DNA of 60,216 bases, the filler included. It is 7 parts of 7 records of this genome, joined end to end, with 100 filler letters (N's around TTAATTAATTAA, not from the genome) between each part and the next. Parts side by side here need not be neighbours in the genome. Positions count along the whole stretch, not along the records: positions 1 to 14,353 come from SRR31147125_149; positions 14,454 to 20,882 come from SRR31147125_164; positions 20,983 to 27,949 come from SRR31147125_172; 4 more parts are not named here. One strand, written 5' to 3'. The position numbers and the translations under genes are program-made. How positions within the stretch are numbered: position 1 is the first letter of the stretch; the number at the start of each line of letters is the position of its first letter. The notes beneath the pieces were generated by a model, which worked only from the letters and a program-made list of their open reading frames with translations, did no database searches and was not told the DNA's origin. Positions 10,997-21,006 of this stretch are shown here, in pieces.

Positions 10997-11011
10997 GCAA
11001 CAGCTGTGCCA
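10997..11011 (-). promoter_or_regulatory. Sigma-54 (-24/-12) promoter for the META-domain gene
   Basis: Minus strand reads TGGCAC-AGCTG-TTGC, an exact consensus, ~65 bp upstream of the start. Confidence 0.75.
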
Positions 11012-11335
11012 AATTTATAAAATGTTAATTTAAATAGAGTTAAGAGAATGTAGGTGTGAAGTTTCGAGATTTCAAATATCAGTTTTCTGATAATGTTATC
11101 AAAAAAACAGATTGGTGTCAATCACTGTTGTGCTTAAGCAGCCTATCTAAAAGTTCCTTCCAATTCATTTTAAAATATTCAGATTGATTCATTATCATAA
11201 AAGGCCAGGACTTGAGAAATCTTTATATCCTGATCAGAAAAACGGAATAACTTTTTATTTGTTTGAGATTTACTCTTTTAATATATTAAATTCGATGAAA
11301 TTAAATATCAAACAAATGATTTAACCTGAAAATCA

Positions 11336-14323
11336 GTGGGGCTCCATGTGAAAATATACAGCGTCGTTTTTTTTGTTCTCATTATGCCTTTTTGTGTTTT
11401 TGGGCGAAACGAACCCATCACCTGGTCTGTGCCGGATAGTCCATGGCCGGAAAAATACGGCAATCACCGGGCTGTTGTCCATATTCATGAAAAGAGTGAC
11501 GCTGTAAGATTGACATTTCTCTGGCGGCGCCATGATAAAGATCCGGCAAACAAACGAATGTTACTGGTTCATTCTGCAACCAATGATACCATACCCAACA
11601 TTTTTCGTCTTGAGATAAATAACGCATCATGTGATCTGGTTTTTGGTCCGGCTCAAAAAGGAAAATATTATTTTTATTACCTTTCTTACAAAGTGCAGGA
11701 AGGATGGGGATTTTACCAGGGAGATTACATCAAACCGGAAGCCAGCCCACCTACTGACTGGATCATGGAAAACAAACTGAATAATAAAGAGCATGTGTCA
11801 CAACTTCCCAGGGCAGATATTTTAGCAATTCAATCCCGTACCCAATTCGACAGTTTTTATCCCATGGAAGTAATACCTACCCGACAGGAAAAAGAAAATT
11901 TTCTGAAAAAAAATGATGTGGATTACCTTCTTTTTCCTGAGGACCGCAAGTATCCCATTAGAATGAAGGACGACATTCCATTAAAATGGATCACAAAAAC
12001 AGAAGCGGATACATTTAACGGTACTGCTTTGAAAAATGAGTACTATACCTTTCAAATCGGGGTATTTGCGAAAGATAAAGACCTCAACAATCTCCGCATT
12101 TTATTCTCTGATCTGCAAAGTGCTAGGAGGGATTTTATTCCTGTCGGATCACTGACCTGTTTTAATACCGGTGGTATTGATCCGGATGGAAAACCGTTCG
12201 AAAAGACGGTCAACGTCACTAAAAATCAGGTTCGGGCTTTGTGGATTGGTGTGGATATACCGGAAACGATTAAAGCCGGAACATATTATGGCACTATCAC
12301 TGTATCACCGCAAAATGCAGAGCCGCAAAGTGTAAAAGTGAAATTAACGATCCCCAATAAGCTCCTTTCTGACCGTGGCGATGGGGAACTCTGGCGTCAC
12401 TCCCGCTTGCGCTGGCTCAACTCAAAGCGTGGCTTATCAGATGAATCTGTTCATCCTTATCCTGCTATCGAACTTGAAGATAATCGAATCAAAATTTCCG
12501 ATTTTAGTTTGGATCTTGGGCAAGACGGCCTTGTGGAGTCAATTATCAGGAACGATCAGGCTATCCTGTCGCAAGCCATCCGGTTTACGGTTATTTCCGA
12601 TTCCGGAGAGGTGCCCTTTAAAGGCCAGAAATGGAAAATAGTAGATCAGAAATCGGGTAAACTAACTCTCTCGGTTATGCAATCGTCTCCCAGGCTGGAC
12701 ATGAATGCCATCATTACGTTTGAATCAGATGGTTATATCCATTACAGGTTTAATATAAAAGCAAAACAGTCCATTTCTATTCAAGATATCCGGCTTGACA
12801 TCCCATTCAATCCGGATATCGCTGAATATATGATGGGCATGGGCAGACCCGGTAGTATGGTCCCTGAAAGACATCAGGCTGGATGGGAGGGACCTCATGA
12901 CAGCTTTTGGGTTGGAAATACTTATGTTGGACTTTATTGTGAGCTGCGTGGTGCATCCTATAGCGGTCCACTTTTAAATTTGTATCACCCGGATCCTCCC
13001 GCGAGCTGGTACAATCAGGGAAATGGGGGATTTATTATTGAAAAGCACAGAGATGAAACCATTGCTAGTGTCTTCAGTGGCGCACGTGACTTGAAAATCG
13101 GTGACAAACAGGAATTTGAATTTTCATTGCTATTAACTCCTGTAAAATCCCTGGACACAAAAAGTCAGTTTACGGACCGGTATTATCATAATGGATTAGA
13201 GCCGATTCCAGCAGATAACGATTTTGATTCCGGAATTAAGATTATTAACATTCATCATGCCAATCCATATAATCCATATATAAACTATCCTTTTATTGCA
13301 CAAAAACAATTGCGCGATATCGTAAAAAAAATGCATCAAAAAGGAGTCAAAGTAAAGATCTATTACACGCTCCGGGAATTCACCAATTATATGACGGAAT
13401 TGTGGGCGTTACGGAGTCTGGATTATGAGATTTTCAGTGATGGTCAAGGCGGCGGCTATCCATGGCTGCGGGAACATCTGGTGGATTCTTATACGCCTCA
13501 ATGGTATCAGCATTATAAAAATCAGCCAGCCGATGCTGCCATTAAAACATCTTCCGGAGATAGCCGGCTTTATAACTATTACATCGAAGGCCTGAACTGG
13601 CTGGTTAAAAACATGGATATTGACGGATTGTATATGGATGATGTTGCTTTTGACCGCCGTATTTTGAAACGGATGCGTCGGGTAATGGAGAGTGTTAAAC
13701 CCGGATGTCTCATCGATCTGCATTCCAACACTGGTTTTTCCAAGGGACCGGCTACGCAATATACCGAGTTCTTCCCGTATATTAACAAGCTCTGGTTTGG
13801 TGAGAGCTTTCAGTATGATAACATGTCACCTGCCAACTGGCTGGTGGAAGTGTCTGGCATCCCCTTTGGACTCATGGGGGACATGCTGCACGCCGGCGGC
13901 AATCCGTGGCGCGGTATGGTGTATGGTATGACTGTGCGATATCCCTGGTTCACAGAGGGTGTGCAATGCGATCCCCGGGATATCTGGAAGGTGTGGGATT
14001 CTTTTGGCATAGCAGACGCAAGGATGGTTGGTTATTGGGATAAAAAACCGGTTGTTTCAACATCACATGCGGATATTCTGGCGACGGCTTTTCTGAAAAA
14101 AGATAAAATGCTGGTGGCTGTTGCCAGTTGGGCGGATGACACGTCATCTGTTAATCTGAACATTGATTGGAATCGTGTCGGTCTGGATCCGGAAAATGTA
14201 ATCGTATCTTTATCGGATATAAAAGAATTTCAAAAAAGTGGTTCTATTCGTCTGGACGATTCCCTGGTTGTAGAACCTAAAAAAGGAGTGCTTTTACTTT
14301 TTGAGGCACCAGTCATAGAGTAA
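11336..14323 (+). CDS. Large secreted DUF6067 / GH123-like glycoside hydrolase
   Basis: Signal peptide; GNHRAV, WRHSRLRWLNS, NIHHAN..NPYINYPF, IDGLYMDDVAFDR and LWFGESF motifs. Confidence 0.75.
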   Translation: MGLHVKIYSVVFFVLIMPFCVFGRNEPITWSVPDSPWPEKYGNHRAVVHIHEKSDAVRLTFLWRRHDKDPANKRMLLVHSATNDTIPNIFRLEINNASCDLVFGPAQKGKYYFYYLSYKVQEGWGFYQGDYIKPEASPPTDWIMENKLNNKEHVSQLPRADILAIQSRTQFDSFYPMEVIPTRQEKENFLKKNDVDYLLFPEDRKYPIRMKDDIPLKWITKTEADTFNGTALKNEYYTFQIGVFAKDKDLNNLRILFSDLQSARRDFIPVGSLTCFNTGGIDPDGKPFEKTVNVTKNQVRALWIGVDIPETIKAGTYYGTITVSPQNAEPQSVKVKLTIPNKLLSDRGDGELWRHSRLRWLNSKRGLSDESVHPYPAIELEDNRIKISDFSLDLGQDGLVESIIRNDQAILSQAIRFTVISDSGEVPFKGQKWKIVDQKSGKLTLSVMQSSPRLDMNAIITFESDGYIHYRFNIKAKQSISIQDIRLDIPFNPDIAEYMMGMGRPGSMVPERHQAGWEGPHDSFWVGNTYVGLYCELRGASYSGPLLNLYHPDPPASWYNQGNGGFIIEKHRDETIASVFSGARDLKIGDKQEFEFSLLLTPVKSLDTKSQFTDRYYHNGLEPIPADNDFDSGIKIINIHHANPYNPYINYPFIAQKQLRDIVKKMHQKGVKVKIYYTLREFTNYMTELWALRSLDYEIFSDGQGGGYPWLREHLVDSYTPQWYQHYKNQPADAAIKTSSGDSRLYNYYIEGLNWLVKNMDIDGLYMDDVAFDRRILKRMRRVMESVKPGCLIDLHSNTGFSKGPATQYTEFFPYINKLWFGESFQYDNMSPANWLVEVSGIPFGLMGDMLHAGGNPWRGMVYGMTVRYPWFTEGVQCDPRDIWKVWDSFGIADARMVGYWDKKPVVSTSHADILATAFLKKDKMLVAVASWADDTSSVNLNIDWNRVGLDPENVIVSLSDIKEFQKSGSIRLDDSLVVEPKKGVLLLFEAPVIE

Positions 14324-14353
14324 GTTTTTCCTAAATTAAAGTACCTTCAAAAA

Positions 14354-14453
14354 NNNNNNNNNNNNNNNNNNNNNNNNNNNNNNNNNNNNNNNNNNNNTTA
14401 ATTAATTAANNNNNNNNNNNNNNNNNNNNNNNNNNNNNNNNNNNNNNNNNNNN
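14354..14453. other. Artificial contig linker (44 N + TTAATTAATTAA + 44 N)
   Basis: Identical 100-bp spacer with stops in all six frames, occurring six times in the window. Confidence 0.98.
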
Positions 14454-14811
14454 AAAAAACGCTTAATAGAGGCTTTAACACGTCCTTAATTGTTCTTCAA
14501 TACAAAATGTGCTTTTACAGAATATTTTGACCTAAAATTGTGCTAGAAAATCCTGCAATTGAAGTGTGAAACAATCCCGAAAATATAACTCCATAGATAA
14601 ATTAATCATAAACCTTTTCACTTAAGGATTTTAGGACATATAATGATCCTAAATATGAAGAGAAATCTCAAATTTAATGGGAATAGAATCAACAAGCTAC
14701 GCCGCAAACGGATAAGGTATGGTATCGCAGAAAATTCAGACTATCTAGAGTAAAAAATCAAAACGCCTAACAGTAGATTAAATTAAACATCTCGCTAAAT
14801 AACCTTATTAT

Positions 14812-14845
14812 AAAAGGCGAACTAAATAATTTTAGTCCGCCTTTT
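14812..14845 (-). terminator. Intrinsic (bidirectional) terminator downstream of tonB
   Basis: aaaaggcg-aactaaa-taat-tttagtc-cgcctttt hairpin with A and T tails, just past the tonB stop. Confidence 0.75.
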
Positions 14846-14855
14846 CACTTAACAT

Positions 14856-15785
14856 CTATTTTATTTGAAATACGAATTTTTTATAAAAATACATTTTCGC
14901 TAAATCACCATTCATTTTAACAGGTGAAAACTTCCATTTATTAAGAGTCTTCTCAACCTCTTCATGAAAACCGTATTTAGCATGATTATCATAAAATTTA
15001 ATCTCCTCTATTTTTCCTTTTTCATCTACTAAAAATCTAACTTTAATTATCACTTTTTTCTTATATCCAACCTTCTTTGCTATAGTTGGATATTTGGGAT
15101 TTGGAGATTTATATATTTTATATTTTAATCCTTCTACATTTTGGTTTTGAATAATTTTGTGAGCAACTTTTTCTACTACAGATGCTTTCTTAATCTCATT
15201 TTTTAGTTCTTTCCTAGTTTCTGATATCACTGGCTCTACTACTTCTTTAGGCGCTAGCTCTTTTTCTACAGGTTTTTCCTCTACCAATGTTTTATTCTCG
15301 GCAATTTCCTTAACTATTTCCTCTTCTTTTATTATTTCTTCCTTAATAATTGGCTCTGGCTTTTTTTCCTCTATAATTTCTTTTTTTATTATCTCTTCTA
15401 CTACCTCTTCAATAATCTCCTCTTTAATCACTTTCTCCAGTGGCTCTTCAATTATTTCTTTTTCTTCTACAATCTCCTCAATTTTTTCCTTTTTTATTAC
15501 TGGTTCTAGTTTAGTTACAGGCTTTGGTTCAGGTTTTTTTACCTCTACTTTTTTAGCTATTACTTTTGCTTCAGGCTTTTTCTCTGGTTTTTTTATTTCA
15601 GCTTTAGTGAGTTTTGACTTTTCCTCTACAACAGGTTTAACTTTCTCAACCTGTATTTGCTCTTCTTGTTGAAACTCTACAAATAGAATTTCCTCTTTTA
15701 CATCATCTATCGGGATTTTCTCTGAGCTATTAATTGTTACTATTAAAAGAATGTGCAGAAGCACTGATAAAATTACATATTTCAT
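14856..15785 (-). CDS. tonB: Energy transducer TonB
   Basis: N-terminal TM with S..LH motif, long E/K/P-rich linker, C-terminal P.YP..A..V.F.VD..G.I...WKF.P domain. Confidence 0.88.
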   Translation of the reverse strand: MKYVILSVLLHILLIVTINSSEKIPIDDVKEEILFVEFQQEEQIQVEKVKPVVEEKSKLTKAEIKKPEKKPEAKVIAKKVEVKKPEPKPVTKLEPVIKKEKIEEIVEEKEIIEEPLEKVIKEEIIEEVVEEIIKKEIIEEKKPEPIIKEEIIKEEEIVKEIAENKTLVEEKPVEKELAPKEVVEPVISETRKELKNEIKKASVVEKVAHKIIQNQNVEGLKYKIYKSPNPKYPTIAKKVGYKKKVIIKVRFLVDEKGKIEEIKFYDNHAKYGFHEEVEKTLNKWKFSPVKMNGDLAKMYFYKKFVFQIK

Positions 15786-16224
15786 ATCTAAACACCTTTT
15801 TTAATTCTAAGATAGTGATTAAAAATTAAGACAAATCACTTCTATAGAATATCACAACATTAATTTGAGTGTCAAACAATAAATTTTGATGCTCAAAATT
15901 TATCTGTTTTTTATTATTTTTTTATACTTATATTCGTATATGGAAATAAAAAAACGACTATGTCGTTTTTTTATATATTTATATGGCATAAATTTATATA
16001 ATCGGAAAAATATATAGTTTTATAGTCATTTTTTTATGCAAAATAGCGTCATATGAACACTTGAACATGTATTGTTTTTTGTTTCTGATTAAATCAGTCA
16101 TAAAAAAAGGGAAAGACAGTAACAGATAAAATTAGTACAATGACTTTACTTTTGGCAAAATCAAATTCGCAAATAGTTTGATTAAGCAAATATTTTTTAT
16201 TCGAATCTATATTTGGAGGTTATT

Positions 16225-16821
16225 ATGAAAACAATATTAGAAAACGGTGGAGCAATCATATATATTTTACTCTTTGCTTCTACAATCTCTTTAGCAGTAG
16301 TTATTGAAAAGTTTTTTTACTATATCAAAAATGAGAAAAATCTGAAAAAGAGATTAGTTTTAGAAGAAAATAGCGAGTTAGTGTGTTCAAAAAATAAAAA
16401 CTCAATAGAAAAACTAATTAACCTGCTAGTTAAAGAGAAAGATAAACAGAATAAGGTTGATTATGTACACCTAGAGGAGATTGCAAGAGAATATACACTT
16501 GAAACAACTCTTAAACTAGAGAACAAGTTATGGTTATTAGCAGTGATCAGTAATCTCTCTCCACTACTAGGGTTATTTGGAACTGTAACTGGAATGATAA
16601 CTGCATTTGAAGTGATAGCAATCGCTGGAACAGGTGATCCGAAACTATTAGCTGCCGGAATATCTAAAGCACTCATCACAACAGCTGGTGGCTTAGCAGT
16701 GGCGATGCCAACTACGGTTTTCTTAAACTACTTTAGTAAAAAAAATGATGAGTTAATTACAATTATGGAAAAAGCAACAGTTGAATTCCTAAATGTACTC
16801 AGAGGTGCTGAAAATGGCTAG
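16225..16821 (+). CDS. exbB: ExbB / MotA-TolQ proton channel
   Basis: SPLLGLFGTVTGMI and GISKALITTAGGL motifs; RBS ggagg. Confidence 0.92.
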   Translation: MKTILENGGAIIYILLFASTISLAVVIEKFFYYIKNEKNLKKRLVLEENSELVCSKNKNSIEKLINLLVKEKDKQNKVDYVHLEEIAREYTLETTLKLENKLWLLAVISNLSPLLGLFGTVTGMITAFEVIAIAGTGDPKLLAAGISKALITTAGGLAVAMPTTVFLNYFSKKNDELITIMEKATVEFLNVLRGAENG

Positions 16822-17254
16822 GAAGTTCGTAACTAAACCCAGAAAACAGTACACAATGGATTTAACACCACTAATTGACGTTGTCTTTCTACTATTAATA
16901 TTCTTTATGGTAGCTACGACTTTTAGTAAATTTACTGCAATGGATATCAAAATTCCTAAATCAAAAAGTGAAATCAAAGAAAAAGCTAAAGAAGTCCGTT
17001 TGATAGAAGTACTTTTAAATGCTGATAAAAAACTGACTATTAGAACACAGTTTAATGATAGAACATCTAGCGAAAAGGTTGACGAGAAGGAGTTAGCTAC
17101 AAAACTCCAAGCTATTATTGAAAACAATGAAACAGCTAACGTGACTTTAATTGCTGATGAGGTATTAAGCTACGGGTATATTATAAAAATCATGGCCCAA
17201 ATAAAAGAAGCTAAAGCAGATGGAATCAGTTTAAAAGTTGAAAAGTCAAACTAA
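16814..17254 (+). CDS. exbD: ExbD biopolymer transport protein
   Basis: DLTPLIDVVFLLLIFFMV motif; overlaps the exbB end. Confidence 0.92.
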   Translation: MARKFVTKPRKQYTMDLTPLIDVVFLLLIFFMVATTFSKFTAMDIKIPKSKSEIKEKAKEVRLIEVLLNADKKLTIRTQFNDRTSSEKVDEKELATKLQAIIENNETANVTLIADEVLSYGYIIKIMAQIKEAKADGISLKVEKSN

Positions 17255-17291
17255 TATATAAAGCAGGCTTTGCGCCAAAGAGGAGAATAGG

Positions 17292-19316
17292 ATGAAAAAA
17301 AAGATTTTATTGTTAGGATTTATTATTGCATCAATGGCATACGCAGATGATTTTGAGGATTTCTTTGAAAATGAAGAAGGCGTTATGTTAGAGGAAACTG
17401 TTATCTCAACTACCGGATTTGAAGAAAGTTCAAAAAACACAATGAGCACAGTTAAGGTTATTACATCTGAGGAGATTAAGGAAAAAAATTATACGAATGT
17501 AACTGATGTCTTAAAAAGTGTAGGTACTATTAATATGTCACAAGAATCTGCATTAGGTACGCTTGTAGATATCAGAGGACAGGGAGAGGATAGAGTTAGA
17601 TCAAATGTCCAGATTTTATTAGACGGAGTTAACCTAAACTCATTAGAGTCAAACTACGGAGTATTTCCCCTAAACAGTATCAATATCAATAAAGTTGAAA
17701 GAATAGAGGTCGTTCAAGGTGGAGGTTCAGTAATATATGGTAGTGGTACTTCAGGTGGAGTTATCAATATTATTACTAAAAACAACGCTCTTGAAGATAA
17801 AAGAGTAGGCGGATATATTGGAATGAAAGTAGGTTCATATGGTTCACAAAGTAGATCTGTTGGAGTAACTGGACAACTAACAGAAGATTTACAATTAGGA
17901 ATCGATTACAGTGGAAATTCAAGTAATGGCTATAGAGAGGATTCTGAATTTTCAAATGATAACTTTGGAGCTGACCTAAAATATAGAATTAGTGAGAAGC
18001 AAAATCTAGGTTTAAAATATTCAAAATATGAAAATGAATACAGCTCTCCAGATAACTTAACTGAAGAGGAGTTAGAAGAGGATAGAAACGGTGCAGCCAC
18101 AGATGATCCTGCAAAGAGAGATACATTTAAGGAATCATACGCAATAAACTATGATTACCAAATTAATGAAAATATAAGCTTAGATACTCTGACTTCATAT
18201 CACTATAACACTTTTGTAAGAGATGAAAGTAACTCAAGAGTTACAAAAGTTTACAATATGAGAGAGGATAAACTAGCATTTAAACCAAAAGTAAATATCA
18301 AATATAACAACGGTTCTTTAGTTTTAGGTTATGATTATGTTCAAGGTGAAATGGATAGAAAATCATCTGAAGATACATCAGCAAAAGCAGTTAAAGATTA
18401 TGTAATGACAAAAACTAGTAATAGTGCATTTGCAAGTAACAGCTATAATATTTCGGATTTCCAAATAATCACTGGATATAGATATGAGACAGCTGACTTT
18501 GATATGAAGGACCAAATCAATTACGGTGTAGAAGCTGATGATTTAAGCAAAACACATTCAAATAGTTCATATGATGCCGGGTTAAACTATCACTTCTCAG
18601 ACAGTGGAAAAGTTTACGTTAAACTTGAAAATGGTTATACAATCCCAGACCCAAGACAGTATGTTGACCTAGTTGACAGTGTGGCAGAGATTAATGACCT
18701 GCAAGAGGAAACTTTCTTTACATACGAAATTGGTTACCAAAACTATGTAGGAAATACTTTAGTAAAAGCAGCTCTATTTTCAACTGAAAAAGAGGATGAA
18801 ATCAGATCAGAATCTAAAAAAACTAAAAGTGGTAAAACTACACTATATAACATCACATACTTTAACTTAGAAGAAACAAAAAGAAGTGGTGGAGAGTTAT
18901 CATTCACACACAACTTTAACAAGTTAACTGTTACAGAGAGTCTAGCTTATGTTAATGCAGAGATTACTGCAGGTGATTATGAAGGTAAAAAAATCCCTTA
19001 TGTTTCACCACTAACGGCAGGTATAGACGCAGTATATGACATTAACGAAAAAGCTGACTTCGGAGTTAATATATCATATAAAGACAAATATTATGTGGAT
19101 AAAGATAATGAAGGTGGAGAGGTTAATGATATCTTCACTACAAATATCAACTCTAACTACTATGTAGCTGATGACCTAAAGGTTTATGCTGGTATAAACA
19201 ATTTATTCAACTACGAGTATAACAACAAAGTAAGCTATGATTCTGACGAAGAAACATACTCATATGACCCAGCGGCAGAAACTAATTACTATGTAGGGTT
19301 TAATTTAAATTTCTAA
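17292..19316 (+). CDS. TonB-dependent outer-membrane receptor (iron complex)
   Basis: TonB box LEETVIS, plug motifs DIRGQG and IEVVQGGGSVIYG...GGVINIIT, C-terminal aromatic residue. Confidence 0.92.
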   Translation: MKKKILLLGFIIASMAYADDFEDFFENEEGVMLEETVISTTGFEESSKNTMSTVKVITSEEIKEKNYTNVTDVLKSVGTINMSQESALGTLVDIRGQGEDRVRSNVQILLDGVNLNSLESNYGVFPLNSININKVERIEVVQGGGSVIYGSGTSGGVINIITKNNALEDKRVGGYIGMKVGSYGSQSRSVGVTGQLTEDLQLGIDYSGNSSNGYREDSEFSNDNFGADLKYRISEKQNLGLKYSKYENEYSSPDNLTEEELEEDRNGAATDDPAKRDTFKESYAINYDYQINENISLDTLTSYHYNTFVRDESNSRVTKVYNMREDKLAFKPKVNIKYNNGSLVLGYDYVQGEMDRKSSEDTSAKAVKDYVMTKTSNSAFASNSYNISDFQIITGYRYETADFDMKDQINYGVEADDLSKTHSNSSYDAGLNYHFSDSGKVYVKLENGYTIPDPRQYVDLVDSVAEINDLQEETFFTYEIGYQNYVGNTLVKAALFSTEKEDEIRSESKKTKSGKTTLYNITYFNLEETKRSGGELSFTHNFNKLTVTESLAYVNAEITAGDYEGKKIPYVSPLTAGIDAVYDINEKADFGVNISYKDKYYVDKDNEGGEVNDIFTTNINSNYYVADDLKVYAGINNLFNYEYNNKVSYDSDEETYSYDPAAETNYYVGFNLNF

Positions 19317-19335
19317 ATTAATATAACTATAACAT

Positions 19336-19354
19336 GGGCGAGAAAACCTCGCCC
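19336..19354 (+). terminator. Stem-loop after the receptor gene
   Basis: gggcgag-aaaac-ctcgccc with a weak U-tail; may be an mRNA-stabilising or attenuating hairpin. Confidence 0.5.
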
Positions 19355-19445
19355 TTACAAAATCATGGAAACAAAATTATTTATCTAACAGGTGTGGGAG
19401 TCTGAATTGGATAAATAAAATCGAAAAAACAATTGGGAGAGCAAT

Positions 19446-20387
19446 ATGAAAAACACAGTATATTTGGTAATAACATTAATCGTTTTATCAGTTATATCAC
19501 TCTGTGTTGGTGTAGTGAATATATTTGACCTAAGTGGTGGAATAGAGCAGTCGCATATGATTCTAATTACAACTAGGATTCCACGTCTTGTAGCACTTAT
19601 TTTATCAGCTATGGGATTATCAATATGCGGGGTTATATTTCAGCAGATTAGTAGAAACAGATTTGTTTCGCCAAACACAGCAGGGACAATTAACGGAGCG
19701 CAACTTGGCTTAACAGTATCATTAATATTTTTTAAAACAGAAACAGTTATTGGAAATATACTATTTTCTCTGCTGTTTGCACTATTAACAAGTGCTCTGT
19801 TTATGGCGATTACATCAAAGTTTAAATCAAGAAAAACATCATTTATCCCATTAATTGGTATTATGTTGGGGGCTTTTATTAATTCAATAACTGTTTTCTT
19901 AGCTTATAGATTTGATATCATTCAGATTGTCAGCTCATGGTTCTATGGAGATTTCTCAAAAACTATAGCTGGTCAATATGAACTTCTATATTTATCAATC
20001 CCGCTTTTAATAATTACGATTTTATATGTAAACAAATTTACTATTGTTGCGATGGGAAAAGATTTTTCGGTAAATTTAGGAGTAAATTATACACTGTTTA
20101 TAAACCTTGGACTTATCGTTATCGCTTCAATAACTTCTATAGTGGTAATCATTGTTGGTAATGTACCATTCCTAGGATTAGTTGTACCAAATATAGTATC
20201 TCTAATGTACGGAGATAATATGAGGAAAAACGTGAAATACGTTGTACTTCTTGGATCTATATTCTTAATCGCTTGTGATATCTTTGGACGTTTGATTATC
20301 TATCCATATGAACTTCCAATTGGTGTTACGGCAGGAATATTTGGAGCAATTTTCTTCCTACTAATCATAAAAAGGAGGGAGTTGTAA
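19446..20387 (+). CDS. FecCD-family iron-siderophore ABC permease (YclN/CeuB/FatD-like)
   Basis: RIPRLVALIL, QQISRNRFVSP, GNVPFLGLVVPNIV and YPYELPIG motifs. Confidence 0.9.
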   Translation: MKNTVYLVITLIVLSVISLCVGVVNIFDLSGGIEQSHMILITTRIPRLVALILSAMGLSICGVIFQQISRNRFVSPNTAGTINGAQLGLTVSLIFFKTETVIGNILFSLLFALLTSALFMAITSKFKSRKTSFIPLIGIMLGAFINSITVFLAYRFDIIQIVSSWFYGDFSKTIAGQYELLYLSIPLLIITILYVNKFTIVAMGKDFSVNLGVNYTLFINLGLIVIASITSIVVIIVGNVPFLGLVVPNIVSLMYGDNMRKNVKYVVLLGSIFLIACDIFGRLIIYPYELPIGVTAGIFGAIFFLLIIKRREL

Positions 20388-20882
20388 TGAAAAAAAAGCA
20401 TGGAATTATTCTAGCCTTTGCAATTATAACTTTACTTTATCTTTTTCAAGGGCTCGATAGAGATACTTTTTCTTTCTTTATTGGAGGAAGAGTTTCAAAA
20501 CTATTTTTAATGATAATTATAGGAATCACAGTTGGAGTATCATCTAGTGTTTTCCAGACATTAACAAATAATAGGATATTAACTCCCGGAATTTTAGGGA
20601 TAGATACAATATACCTATTCTTCAATATATTATTGGTATATTTTGTAGAAAATATTGAATTTCTAATAAGTAAAAGTTATTTACACTTTTTCATAGTGGC
20701 AACTTTTACCATTGTTGCAAGTACTATCCTGTACAAAGTAATCTTTGGAAAAGAGCACAGACCTATTGGAACTATTATCCTAATAGGTGTAATATTTGGA
20801 ACTTTACTAAAAAGTTTATCTTCATTCCTACAGATTATGCTGGATCCAAATCAATTTTCACTGGTACAAGATATGTCATTTG
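20387..20882 (+). CDS. Second FecCD permease (YclO/CeuC/FatC-like), 3'-truncated
   Basis: FQTLTNNRILTPGILG motif; runs into the linker. Confidence 0.88.
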
Positions 20883-20982
20883 NNNNNNNNNNNNNNNNNN
20901 NNNNNNNNNNNNNNNNNNNNNNNNNNTTAATTAATTAANNNNNNNNNNNNNNNNNNNNNNNNNNNNNNNNNNNNNNNNNNNN
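20883..20982. other. Artificial contig linker
   Basis: 44 N + TTAATTAATTAA + 44 N. Confidence 0.98.
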
Positions 20983-21006
20983 GTGTCAGGTGGCCAGACA
21001 TGGCCG

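Noticed and set aside
15180-15680. EEII/KKPE low-complexity repeats
   Set aside because: Normal extended periplasmic linker of TonB.
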